Source: Lytechinus pictus (taxonomy: Eukaryota). Taken from it: 64,000 nucleotides of DNA. Within the stretch, counting starts at the first letter, position 1, and every line of letters starts with the position of its first letter. The notes below the pieces were generated by a model that had not been told where the DNA came from, did not search any database, and saw only the letters and a list, made by a program, of their open reading frames with translations. Location of the stretch: positions 26,474,001 through 26,538,000 of the forward strand of contig NC_087256.1 in the NCBI RefSeq assembly GCF_037042905.1, written 5' to 3'. Below are positions 37,401-49,400 of this stretch, piece by piece. The position numbers and the translations under genes are program-made.

Positions 37401-40400
37401 GACATTGGAAAAATGATTCAGGAAATCGATGTCTGTGTTAGGTGGACGATACATGCAGCAGGTAAAAATATTTGTAGATTTACATTTAATTTCAATGAGA
37501 GCCATTTTAATAGTAGAGTCAGTAAGCAGGTCACATCTATCAATAATATTTAATGATTTTTTAGCATAAATGCAAACACCTCCACCTCTTTTATCAATTC
37601 TGTCTTTTCTTATTATATCATAGCCTTCAATAGCGATGAACTGGTCTACGATCTTATCATTGAGCAAGGTTTCCGATATACACAGAATATCTAAATCAAG
37701 TGTTATATGTAGATATCTCATTTCATCGATCTTCGGGTAAAGACTGCATGTATTTATATGGGCTAATTTCAAACCAGAACAACTTCTAATTTTATATTTA
37801 AAGTCATGTATAAGAGACTGTGAAGACTCACAATTTACAGATGTGTTTGAAGACTGTGGAGAATCACAATCTACAGATGTGTTTGAAGACTGTGAAGGAT
37901 CACAATCTACAGATGTGTTTGAAGTCATATTATGAGATGAGCATATGAGGGAGGATAGATGCTCATTAACGGCAAAATCTTCTTTGCCAACTAATTACAA
38001 ATTTTGGTTGAAACGATGAAACTTGGCTTTGTGGCCATACTGAGAACAAGAGTTACACTGTAATTTTGATTCATATCTACAATTTCTCTGTTTATGGTTG
38101 AGTTCACCACAGTTGTAACATCCTGTATAGGAAGGATGTGGAGTGGCAGAGGATTCAATCTGAGTTTTTGGAGTGTCAATTATATGGGAAGAAATTGCAC
38201 AACCAAACAGTCTAGCGCCTTCAGCGTTCAAGTGGACGCCATCTGCGGCGAGATGATTTTCAGGATCTATGTTCAATAAACTTCCAGTTCCTTCGCAGTG
38301 CCATCTGGTGAAGCAGCTAGTTTGCCTCGTAGGTTTTCCATTCAAGTTCCTTTTGAAAGGTCTTATGAGGGATGATGGAACTCAAGACAATTGTTGAAAC
38401 AGTAGAACAGTTAGCTAAAATCTGATCGCCAAGAGATTCAATCTGTACAACTAACATGCTAGGATCAGCGTTAATCAAATTATTGGTTCCGACATGAAGA
38501 ATAACTACTTTTGCATGGTATTTATTTGCAAGATGATGGGCATGTTCGAAGACATTCTCTACTCTGGCACCAGGGATAGTTTTACAGTAGACTCGATTCT
38601 TGTGATTAGACATTGACAATGGTTTAAGATGTTTAATTATCGAATCACCAATCACAAGGGTATTGATTTTCTCATCGGAAACGAATACACGATCAGATTC
38701 AATACAATTTAAATTCTCACTGGTATGAGACTCATGAGTAAATCTCACACTATGTTTGTAACGGTAATCATGAAGTTGCTTATCGAAATCTTATGATGTT
38801 CGGAAAGCTTCGTCATTCCCACTGTGGGTTAGTGGTACTGGAACGGGAGGTGGGTCTTTTTGAGGATGGTCATCTGAAGGATGGTCATTTGAAAGACAAG
38901 AAGTGTTTTCATTGGGGCTGTTAAATATCTGTGCATGACTAGATTGAATAGCTTCAAGCAAGCTATTTACAAGGGATTTGAATTGCTTGAACTCATGTGC
39001 AAGATAATCCAATTTTTCACGAAGATTAACATTGGAAGTTATAGTTGCTGTCTGCGCATGAGAATCATTTGACGATGAGCAATGCTCGGCACAAGAGTCG
39101 AGAACGGGGGAATCCTCGGTGGGTTGTGAATCATCCATAGAATCCTTTGTGTTTGGGTAATTACATGGGGGTTCCACCAACACTGGGCATTCATCCCGAT
39201 GTATTGGATTAGAAACTTTGGAGGTCAAGGGAGGATAATCCGTTTCGCACCTCCCTTCAATAGGATTAGTTTCGGGCTCCGTATAATGGTTGCTAATGGC
39301 AACGCTTACATCAGTTTGGCAACTGTTGTCATGGTGTTGCCTAACGCTCGGCTTGTAGCTTTCTGGACGTTTGGGGCGGCCATTTTGAAGAGATATGATA
39401 CTAAAATGGCGGGCTATATCCTGGTTTAAATTAGGATAAATAGACCCCAATTCAGATGTAAGATAGTCCACAAGTTCATCATCTAAAATAGCATCAGTAA
39501 TATCATGAATCAGTAGATGTGAAAGAACTGCGTCAATACTTGAGATTGTTATATGCTTTGGTAGTTTACATCTAAAGTCGTCCGAACCAATGGTTCCATG
39601 GCAGGAATTAGTTTTTATCTTCGTGCAATGTTTTGATTTAGTCATTATGAAGCTTCAGTATCATATGAAGAAGAGGATATTGTTGAATTCATATAGTTAA
39701 ACATGCACAAGATGATAATATGTTACCTGGTGTTACGAGGGTAGACAAATATAACAACGAAGGATTAGCTCGGTTTGCGAATCCAAAAGTGTGTATGGGA
39801 CTAGGTGTGTCCAATACATCGTTCTCAGGGTCACATAATGTCGAATTGATGATATCCAAAGTATGGTAAAGTCCCAAGAATAAATCCACAATGATACAAA
39901 ACAGCACAGAATATATTCTGGAAGCAGAAAGAGTATTATGATTTCCAAGTATTGAAAGTCACAAATTGTAAAAAAGGTAGATTTAGAGCCAAAAAGCAGG
40001 AGCAACGAATAATTGAAGTGCAAGCAGAAAATCGTAACACAGCTATCACCACAGAACGTTTGCTTTCTTGGAAATGATGAATCCAGAAGTGTGGGAACTC
40101 TCAACAACTAATTCTAACTCTCGCTGGACAACGATCCGGGTAAATCTGAACTTTAAAAGCAAACGAAGACACCTGAAACAATGCAACGAGACGAATTTGT
40201 ACAAATCATTTGAAGGAGACAATTGGTCCACATTTAATACCATACGTAGTGCGAGATTTTGTAAAATTTTTGATCAGGGTTGGCCAGATTTGGAAATTGG
40301 GACGGTGAATACTGGCAAACTCCGGTAAATACTGCCTTTGCTGGTCTTTGAGGAAAATGGAAAATAGTTGGAAATACAGGGAAATACTACAAACTATACT

Positions 40401-43400
40401 TCTTGAATATTTTCAGGCATTGTCTCTCAGCATATTCTAGCATTTCCTTGTACATGCACTCCCTGTACATCTGAAATATTTCCCAGTGTTTCCAACCAGA
40501 GCGGGAAATACCAAAATTTCCCCAGGAATTGAACTGCTTCATGCATGCCCTAATGAAATCCATAATTAGGACTTGCGTGAACACAAACAAAATCTTTCGT
40601 ACATAGTTAATTGATTAAAAGCCCTCATAAGAAATGGATATTGCAGAATAGTTTTTTAAACTTCATTGTCAACCATGTTATCTTTGTAACCTAGACATTG
40701 TCAAGGACATCTGCTCTGGTAAGATGCTTCAGAGCTGGCTTAGAGCCTTTGATGGTAATGCCATTGATCTTCTCAAGCGCTTGGATGTTGAGAACTCCTG
40801 CGCTACCGCAGAGCTCGCCCTGAAGACCATTTTCGAGAAGGTTCCCGTCTCGGGATTGGTGGAGGACTTTGATCTACTGAATGAAGAGTAAGTCATACCA
40901 GGGGCCCGTCTTAGAAAGAGTTGTGATTGATCCAATCAATTGCAACTATGGAAAGCCAGCAAAGTCAACATATGAAATGCATGTTTATTCAAAGATTGTT
41001 CTAGATATGAATGTATATCCATAAAGTCATTGCTTTCTTGACAATTTGGTGTGTTTTCCTTTGTTTACAAAGGACATTGTGCAATTTCCTGTAGAAAAAA
41101 TTAACACAATGATGGATTTCCATAGAGTTACAATTGATTGGATCAATCGTAACTCTTTGTAAGACGGGGCCCAGGTGGGTGTTTCATAAAGCTGTTCGTA
41201 AAGTTACGAACGACTTTACACATGTTCTTAGGTCATAACTCAATTACATAGGGATATCACAGAGCACAAGAAAGGATCACCAGTCGTTCGTAAAGTCATT
41301 TATCTTACGAACAGCTTTATGAAACACCCACCAGGAGTCCTTCTTTAAAAGAGATGCTATCCAATCAACCTCAACTATGGAAAGCCAGCAACACCCACAT
41401 ATTTGTTCAAAATGTTTTCTCGATATGTTTACTCATACATTCATTGTTGTCTTGACATCTTAGTGTCCCTCCACTTTGTTACCAAAGGACATCGTGCACA
41501 TTTCTGGTAGTAAAAGTTATGACATTTCTGGATTGCCATATAATTCAGGGTGATTGGATCAATCACAACTCTGGGACCCAGATTAGGTCCCCAGGATATG
41601 CTTGCTATTTTTTTTTTAAAGGTCAAGTCCACCCCAGAAAAATGTTGATTTGAATAAATAGAGAAAAATCTAACAAGCACAACACTGAAAACTTCATCAA
41701 AATCGGATGTAAAATAAGAAAGTTATGACATTTTAAAGTTTCGCATATTTTTCTCAAAACAGTTATATACACAACTCAGTGATATGCAAATGCGAGAGTC
41801 TATGATGTCCATCACTCACTATTTCTTTTGTTTTTTATTGTTTGAATTATACAATATTTCAATTTATACAGAATTGACAATAATGTAAAACTTGACTGAA
41901 CTACATAATGTTAAAACAATGTTAATTCCACAAGTTCAGGGAGGAATAAAGCTCGATTTCAAATGACATGGGTGAGAAGATCAGAATATTTCATATTTCA
42001 GATAATGAAATACAAAAGAAATAGTGAGTGCGTGATGTCATCAGTCCCCTCATTTGCATCCTGGCCAGGATGTGCATATAACTGTTGTGTGAAATTAAGT
42101 GAAACTTTAAAATGTCATAACTTTCTTATTTTACATCCGATTTTGATGAAATTTTCAGTGTTATGATTGTTGGATTTTTCTCTTTTTATTCAAATCAACT
42201 TTTTGTCGGGGTGGACTTGTCCTTTTAAGTGAATACCAAGTCTGATTCCTTTCATAAACAAGGTTACAATTACAACATTTAAATGGTTGTTTGTATCATC
42301 TTCAATGCATTACCTCATTTATGATAATGCAGTAGTATACAACCTTTATAATCTGATCAATTCCACATGCTACTATGACTTGAAACCATTCCATTTATTA
42401 AAATTATTGTAGTCTCGTCGATAGAATATTGGACTGATGATCGTGAGGATGTGAGTTCGAATCCCTCTGTCTTGTGCTTTCACTTTTACAAAAGGCCCAA
42501 AAGTAATTTCTGTCAACTATAGATCCAGCCACTATGACTGATTAACATGAAAATATCTCTTATGTAATTGTTTTTACCAGCTTAGCATTGTGCAGCAGAA
42601 AGTTGTCCTGCTGAGGTTCTACAGGAGTTATTGTAACAGAAACAGAAGTCACACTTAAATCTTTGTGAAATACCCCCTGGTGGGTGTTTCACAAAGATAA
42701 GAGCGAATTTAAGAACTACTGGTAAACCTTTCTAATGCGCTAAATAATCACCAGTGAACATTTAATGGTGAATATCTTTTACCACAAGAAAGGATCACCA
42801 GTCGTTCTTAACCCTAACTAGGCCGGGCTTTTTTGGCTGTTCTGTGGCCGGGGGGGGGTTGATTCAACCCCCCCCCTGAGATCTCGGCCGCCGATCGCGC
42901 GAGCGCCGCAAAAATTTGCACGCTGGTAGTGTGCGATGTAATCTACAAGGCTGTATGGTAAAATTTTCCAAAATAATGAGATGTTATTTTATATGAATTA
43001 ATTATGCTAATTTATGCATAAATCATACTTTTTGCTCTAATTCACTAAATAAAGCTCCTAGAATGCTAATTTTTGGTAAAAATATTCTTTGTAGTATTCT
43101 TAACAATGGTAATTGAAAAAAACTTCGGTTTGGAAATCAATTTCTTATGTATTTTATTGTTTTATGAATTTCTTATGTATTTCCTTGTTTGTCAACCTTT
43201 TGTTTTTCTTTGTTTTTTTCACCAGATTTATTGCACAAGCTTTTTGAAGCATAATTATGCTAAAATCAATTGCTTTCAGCTGTTTAAAGTAAAAATAATC
43301 ATATCTTTATGAATAAGATGAGAAAACTCAATTTGCATTGACTTTGTACACAAAATCACGTTTTGGAACAATTTTTGGTCTGACATGCACTTACAAAATG

Positions 43401-46400
43401 TTGCGTAATTTCGGAACCGCGTACCCGGGCATCGCAAATTTGGTCTCAAAAGATGCGCGAGACTTAAAAGTATTAACTCTGCGAGTGGCGCGGTCAAAAA
43501 ATTTCGCGCGGCGGAATAATCGCAGAAAATGTTGAGGGGGGGTTGATTCAACCCCCCCCCCCGGCCATTTTAGGGTTAAAGTTGCTCTTGACTTAAGAAC
43601 AGCTTTATTAAACGGCCCCCAGAACAATAATTCTACAATATTTCTCCTTCTTCATGTATCTCCTCATCTTATATCTTTTACACAGTCTTATAATACCAAT
43701 TGATGAGCTGTCTTGTGAGAGTGTATTATACTGGCGCTGTCTTGTTGAACATGTTCGATCCAAGGGAGACGATATTCTGATGGACAAGCTCCTCCCTACC
43801 GCCTCTGCTTTCTGCGACTATGTCCTCAAGTAAGATATTTAACTGAAGATTGATCTTAGGTCCGTCTCATACTCTGCGATCTGATGCAACGCGATTTTTC
43901 AAGAAATTGCATTTTGCATTAAATATGAAGTTCCAAGAAGTATATTCAATTCATATAAAGTTTGGCATATTGTTAGGAAAACTGAAATCATATTTTTACT
44001 TTGCGACAAGCCCTATGGTCGGAGTAAAGTCCAAATCTGCTTCAAGTCGCAGCCGATGATGACGTCATTACGATTTGGAAATTTTGAATTTGTTTTTATT
44101 CATTCAGGAAGGCTCTAACTGGACTGAATTTTGATTTTCAGTAGTCCTACCACTATTCTGAACTCTGATCCATAATATTTTATTAGTTGGAATATCCATA
44201 TCAAATGTTATCACAATTAATTTGAAATTCGGATTGCAACAAATCGCATAGTATGAGACAGACTTTAGGTGGGTGTTTCATTAAGCCGCTTGAATGTTAA
44301 GAGCGACTTTGTAAACAACGGGGGCCCGTAACACAAAGCTTAGCAATCATCGTTTCACGATTGATTGCATTGACTACAATGTACAATTCAAGCTTATGAT
44401 TAATCGTAAACCTTTGTGATGCTAGACCCTGATGACCCTTTCTTCGGAGCTAAATCAACAGCAACAAAATTTTGGTGTATGACATTTTCTACAAAAAAGG
44501 GGTCACCAGTCATTCATAAAGTCGGGCATAACTTACAAACAGCTTTATGAAACAGACCCCTGGGCATTTTCATATTAAATAAAATGATCAATTCATCATA
44601 TGTATGATAGGAACTTTAAAATAAAAATAATCATGTTGATATTTCTGAATACTCAAAGTCTTTGATTAAATTGCTCTAAAAACCCATTTGTTTAAAAATG
44701 CTTCCCAGTAGTCTCCTCTCATTGTCATGATATTGTTTCTTTTATCCCTTGTCTTTTCCTGCTCCATGTAATCGTTCTTATTTCCTTTCCTCAACGCCTT
44801 GAGCACATAATCAATATGTGTTTGGCTCTTTAGAAATACTCTATATCATTATTATTATTAATGTTAGAAACTGCAATGAGATACAGACCAACGTCCATAA
44901 CATGACGGCCGTGGAGAATTCCTTGAGCAAGGAGTTTGTAGCCGAGCATCTCCTCAAGATGACCGCCAGCCTGGACCAAACAGATGAAGTTGGACGGTAA
45001 GCCATTTCCTCTTTCTCACTGATATTTTGTAAGCTTACGCTTCATTACTTACAAAGATTATGCAATAAATATGCAGTTTGTTGCAAGCATCAATATCAGT
45101 GGGTGGATAGAGCTTCCACCCGCTCTTTTGAGACCCACCGAAAACAATAAAAGTACACCAAAAGGTCAAGCGCGCACAAAGTTCCACACTTTTCTATCAC
45201 ATGTGCATGTGCATACGTGGAGTATTTACGCGTTGGTATGGGCCCATATACTGTTTATTGCGTCATGGAGTACATGTACTTTTCCGTCGGCCTCTAAGGT
45301 CGTGCGTGCGAGCGTGCATACAAGCTCCATCCAGCTTTGGGTATCGATGACTGCTAGAGACATAATTTAGATGATACACAGTAGTGTGGGCATCAGGGAG
45401 AATTGCTCTTTCCAATACCTGTAGAAAAAATTTTAATGCCCAAGGCTATAGCTGATTTTTTTATGTGTGTATTTTTCTTAATGTGTTTTGAATATACCAA
45501 GTGTGGATAAAGTGTTTGATACCCTCACTGATGTCTATTATTTGTGTAATAATACCATTTTGTATCATCATAACAGCTTCTCTGCTAAAGCCATGGTAAT
45601 CATGCTGCATTACTTTAGAGCGCTCAGAGACTTTTGATAAAGGGGAAGTTCACCCTGACGGAATGTTTATTGTAAAATAATAGGAGGGAAAATAATAAGT
45701 ATTGGTGGAGGTTAGAATTTAATCCTTTAAAGATTTAGAAAGTAATAAGGATTTTAAGTTTTTGATTTGTGACATATTAATGGTTCATGGTGACTAAAAA
45801 TGCTGTCAAATCATGAACCCTGATACCAAGCGAGGAATTTACTAATATCTAAAATCAATTCTAAAATTAGGTAAAGTCAATTTTATGAGATCTGGGGCCC
45901 ATAACACATAGCTTAGCAGTCATCATACAACATTTTTTAGGATTGATTGCATTGACTACAATGTACAATCAATCCTAAACATCAAGCGTACGATTAATTG
46001 CTCAACTTTGTGATACGGGACCCTAGGGCCCATAACACTATGGTTAGCTATGATCATAGAACATTTTTTTAGGATTGATTGCATTGACTACAGTGTACAA
46101 TAAATCATGAAAATCAAACATATTATTAATTGCTGACCTTTACAGGACCTGGTTGGTCCACTGGTGCTTGAAATGGATTTGAGTTTTCAGTGCATCAACT
46201 CCAGGTTAATTAATGTCCACTTTTTTTTACTTTGCAGGAAGAAGCTTGACAGCCTTGTCCAAGACCTCCTGATCGCCCCACACGTGCCCCCGTCCCTCGT
46301 AGCTATCCTCGTAACCCGTCTTAAAGATTTCCATAGCGAAGATGAGGAACGGATTGAGCTGATGGCTCAGATTATATCTGACATCAGGGTACCGATTACT

Positions 46401-49400
46401 ACCGTGGAGAAGCCTGTAGCACCTGAGTTGATTCGTCAGAGGGAACTCAAGGTTAGCCTTTACTTATGGAATCAGTTAGCCTTTACTTATGGAATCAGTT
46501 AGCCTTTACTTATGGAATGAACGCGCCACTCGCTGACTTATTTATGTTAACAAAATGTTACTTCTCGCGCATCTGTTTATGTTTACATGCATTTATTTAA
46601 ACAATTTTATTCCATTTTTCTAATCAAGAAATGGAATGCATTACCTCTGGAGCACACAATAAATTACCGGTATACTACTAATAAAATATTTTTTTTTTTT
46701 TTATTATATATGATGATATTGATAATTCTTTGTTTGTTAATGAAATAAGCCATTGATAAATACAAGTAAGAAACAGATTTATTTAAATTTGGATTTGCAC
46801 ATTCGATACAAACATCACCTGTTGAATTTGATTCCATGTTTCAATGATTTGTTTTCATATCAAATACCATTATGAGTTGGTTGTTAGGTACTTGCAGGTT
46901 AGAGTAAATTATTTATAAGCAAATGATCAGACAAATTTCTTGTCTTGATCTGACAATGATGGAGGTATAATCTGGACTATGTGCATGAGAATTCATCTAG
47001 TTTTACGTGAAGTTTTTTTCTTTTGCGCCCCAGTAGCAACTTACAACCCATGAATGTCAGTAGTCTTTCGTCATTCTGGTGAAGAATGGATGTTAAGGCC
47101 CAGTCACATCGTTCCATGCAAGCCTTGCGGGCGAGTTGCAGGTGTTTGGCTGCAATTCACCAGCAACAAAGTTTTGAGCATGTCTAATACTTTTTTGCCA
47201 TGGTGTAATTTCCTTCAGCAAGAAATTTATTTAAGCTGCACTCGACCCAGGTGAGGTGAATGGGTACCCGGCAGGATTAATTCCTTGAATGCATGAACGC
47301 TGAAAGGCAGCTCGAGCTAAAGCCGGGGTAATAATAATAACAACGCGCCTCGGAATAAAAAATTTCTAGACAGATGGCGCTATACAAATGCCTATTATTA
47401 TTATTATCATTATTGCGTGCAAATCAGACTTGGGGCACTCCTGCAGGCAACTGCATGCAGGCCACTTGCGTGTACCAAAAAAGTCACCCGCAAATCGCAC
47501 ACAAGGCTAGCAAGGAACGATCATCGTTACGATGTGACAAGGCCTTTGATTTTAACTGTATGTTCACCCGCTCAGCTTGCTAGCGTTCGGCTGGACCTTA
47601 CCCAGGCCAGGGATGCTCTTGAAGATTCCGTAGCCAACCAGGACTTTGGCCAGGCTGCTGAGATGAAGAAGAGGGTCGAAGAACTGGAATGCACCAAGAA
47701 CTCCCTTCTTGAGGAATCCCTGGTTATGAACACCACACGAGAGATTCGCACGGAGAAGGTAAGCAAACTTTTAGAGCGATTGTCGTCTCGTTTTCATGGA
47801 GAATTCAACACCAATCAGATATAAATAACAACTGATAGAACCACGGTAGAACGAGATTTAAGACTAGCAGACATTATGAAATGCCACTGGAAAAGTGCCT
47901 TAATATGGCAAAGTCACTATCTCTCTTTCCCTGGCCTGACAGAAGCCTGAGGCTGATCAGGCTTGGCCAAAGACTTTCTTGCTGGTACACCGAGTTTGCT
48001 TATCCCTAAAGATGTCTCTGTAACTAGTATTTCCATTGCTTTTCACAAAGTCTGGGCTCAGCAAATAAGAATCCATTCCCCCAAAAAGGTGATGTCCAAC
48101 TGACTTTAAGACAGTGTTGTATGCACAGCCAGAAAGCCAAGGTCAGTGCCAAGGTCAAGGCCAATGCCAAGGACTTCAAGACTTCCTAGGCCAGTTGTTA
48201 AACACAAAAGCCAAGGACTCTTTCTAGGTTCTCTGCCTATCAGTGGAAATTATTCAACTTTTTACAGCAAGTGTAAAAGCCTAAAGACGGTGCTTATTAT
48301 TTCCCATTGATTTGATAGCATTTATTCCATTCATCATAAAAACAAATACAAGGCACATACAAAGTTTACATAAATTACATGGGAAAATTTCAGATATTAC
48401 AATGATAAAAATCTGGGAAACAGTTGAATAAAGTACATGATTTATAAATGAATGAGGAGGCAACTAGAAAGGGAAAGCCTTATTAGCGCTGCCACCTTTA
48501 CAAAATCTGGAAACTGAATATATATATATGATATTGTAAAATACATGATGTAATAAATACTGAATACCAGACATAAACATTAAACATAAAAGGGGGGGGG
48601 GGAAAAAACAAAAAACACCTGATCATACATTATTTGAATATTTACTGAGAAGTTGTGTTTTATATTTCCCATTGGATTCCCATTACATAAATTGTACTGT
48701 AACTGTAGAGTGATGCAATTGTAAAATTGTGTTTTTATATTGATTTTTCAAAGAAAGTCATTTTCCTGATTTGTGCCCCATGTTACAGAGTGATCCAGAA
48801 ACATTGTTGAAGTGCCTGACGATTGCAGCAGAGCTTATGCAGCATGTATCGATGAAGGAGCTTAACCCGACACTGCAGACTCTCTTCACTGTTCTGGTAA
48901 GTAGGCAAATAATTAGTGTTGGTAAGGGTTATGAGAAAAGAGCTATAATTTCTGAGGCCATATGGATGTACAAATTTTTCTTAAGGAAAGCTTAGGTAAA
49001 GTGTTGTCTACATTCAAATGGCAGAGGAAGTGATCGTTTGCTAACTAACTTTCATCGAAAACAGTCCACAGTGCATTAATCCAGACAGTGATCCCTTTCT
49101 ATAGATAAAATCTGTTTATTTTGAGAGAGGAAAGAAAGGCAGAACACACCCTTGTTTTTTATGGTAAATCGACAATTGTAATAGGTGCTTAGGAGAAAAA
49201 CATGAATTCCTTATTGTTTAGTATATGACAAGTGGGAGAGTTGTCCCAACCACTTGTCACAATCTGCCCTCTAAGTTGCCAATTTTGAGGTGGACATAGT
49301 CCTTGTGTTATAATATATATATATATTTTTTTTAATTACAATAACTTTCAAAATTATGGTCAAATTTATTTCAGGCTTTCACTCTTTTTCTTAATGTTCT

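Larger units (their letters stand above)
34508..40250 (-). mobile_element. Near full-length non-LTR retrotransposon of the CR1/L2 group (Crack/Daphne-like), frameshifted
   Basis: (AAAT)n tail at 34508-34528; ORF2 APE plus RT; ORF1 SGNH plus CCHC; 5' boundary approximate. Confidence 0.9.

Noticed and set aside
37900-40250. 2A-like ribosomal skipping motif in the LINE
   Set aside because: I found no D(V/I)ExNPGP in the listed ORFs or in the frames I checked by eye.
34490-40290. Target-site duplication for the LINE
   Set aside because: No convincing direct repeat at the two ends, so the 5' boundary is left approximate.
44834-44867. Alternative upstream acceptor for NCAPG exon 8
   Set aside because: It meets an in-frame TAA within 10 codons.
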